The notes beneath the pieces are model-generated. The model was not told the origin of the DNA, searched no databases, and was given only the letters and a program-made list of their open reading frames with translations. Below are positions 63,240 to 64,000 of a stretch of 64,000 nucleotides of DNA, one piece after another. The stretch is from the NCBI GenBank assembly GCA_024137785.1, contig JAHRHZ010000012.1, forward strand, positions 56,852,066-56,916,065, given 5' to 3'. Origin of the DNA: Ginglymostoma cirratum. Lineage: Eukaryota. The translations under genes and the position numbers were made by a program. The stretch's first letter is position 1. Every line of letters begins with the position of its first letter.

Positions 63240-63770
63240 AGACTGGCAGCCCTTGCACTCTCACTATATTTAAAAAGCTGCTGTGCATGAGGATAAGTCC
63301 TTCAGGTCCATGCTGCCTCCACAGTCAAAGGAAAGGCCAATAGTGCTGCAATAAGGTCAATTATATTCTGTGCTGTGCCATTGCAAATGCCACACACCTT
63401 TCTCTACCACCACACATTCTCACTATCTCTGCTATTGCACCTACCATGCACCAAGTTTCATGCTCAATAGTTTCAGTATTACTTTCAACATCTTTACTCA
63501 CTCGGTCTAACCCACCAGTACCTCCCACACCACTAACACACCATGGCATCTGTACTTGCCCCCAATTATCTTGTAATCCTTCCACTTTTCGCCGACTTAC
63601 ACTGGCACTAACAGCAATGCCACCCATTTTCATATCTCTCAATCCCTCCCTTTCTCTCATTGCAGGAGACACCATCTCGTAACAGGGCAGGGGGATCCCA
63701 GACTTCTCACCCAAATTAAGCAGAAAATCCTGGCTGTTACAGGAGAAGATCGGGACTACTCTTGTGGGGG
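63240..63770 (+). pseudogene. PIF/Harbinger Myb/SANT-like ORF remnant with intron
   Basis: tgcaataaggtcaattatattctg (CNKVNYIL), C/A-rich intron, tttctctcattgcAG acceptor at about 63665, then QKILAVTGEDRD. Confidence 0.5.
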
Positions 63771-64000
63771 TGCAGAAACATTGATGTTGTATCAATCAAG
63801 TACATACCATTTTCCATTGCACCAACTCTCACAGTTCACTTGCACACCACATCTAACCACAGACTGCAATGTGGCCCGAAGGTACTGCCAGCATCTCACT
63901 ACCTTGGCAGTAAAATGGTCAACCGCCCCCAGAAGCCACCTTCTCAACCTCTGAGGATGAGAGTATCAAGGGAAGTCTGCCTCCAGCTGCCATCCAGGAC

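Noticed and set aside
1218-63795. Short ORFs of the six-frame track as genes
   Set aside because: All others are 145 aa or shorter; the recognisable ones are LINE, Gypsy, Harbinger or SINE fragments and the rest fit chance expectation

Overview
AT-rich, CpG-depleted vertebrate DNA, most likely from a shark (inferred from HE1-type SINEs and HER1/CR1-type LINE tails; species not determinable). No intact protein-coding gene is recognisable, so the window looks like a large intron or gene desert. It is a mosaic of decayed mobile elements: HE1-like and other tRNA-derived SINEs, CR1 and L2 LINE fragments, two decayed Gypsy retrotransposons, solo LTRs and PIF/Harbinger remnants (transposase plus intron-containing Myb/SANT ORF). 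There is one 400-N gap at 49926-50325. The most notable structure is about 15 short Penelope-like terminal repeats from at least three subfamilies. Most carry a minimal hammerhead-ribozyme motif (CUGANGA-stem II-GAAAC), several are fold-back pairs centred on that motif, and several have 9-15 bp target-site duplications. Also noted are a well-formed 18-nt minus-strand microexon candidate (37207-37224), weaker exon candidates, a 129-bp fold-back palindrome, a templated inverted duplication and TAAT-rich possible conserved non-coding elements. Family names come from recalled motifs, not database searches, and most repeat boundaries are approximate.
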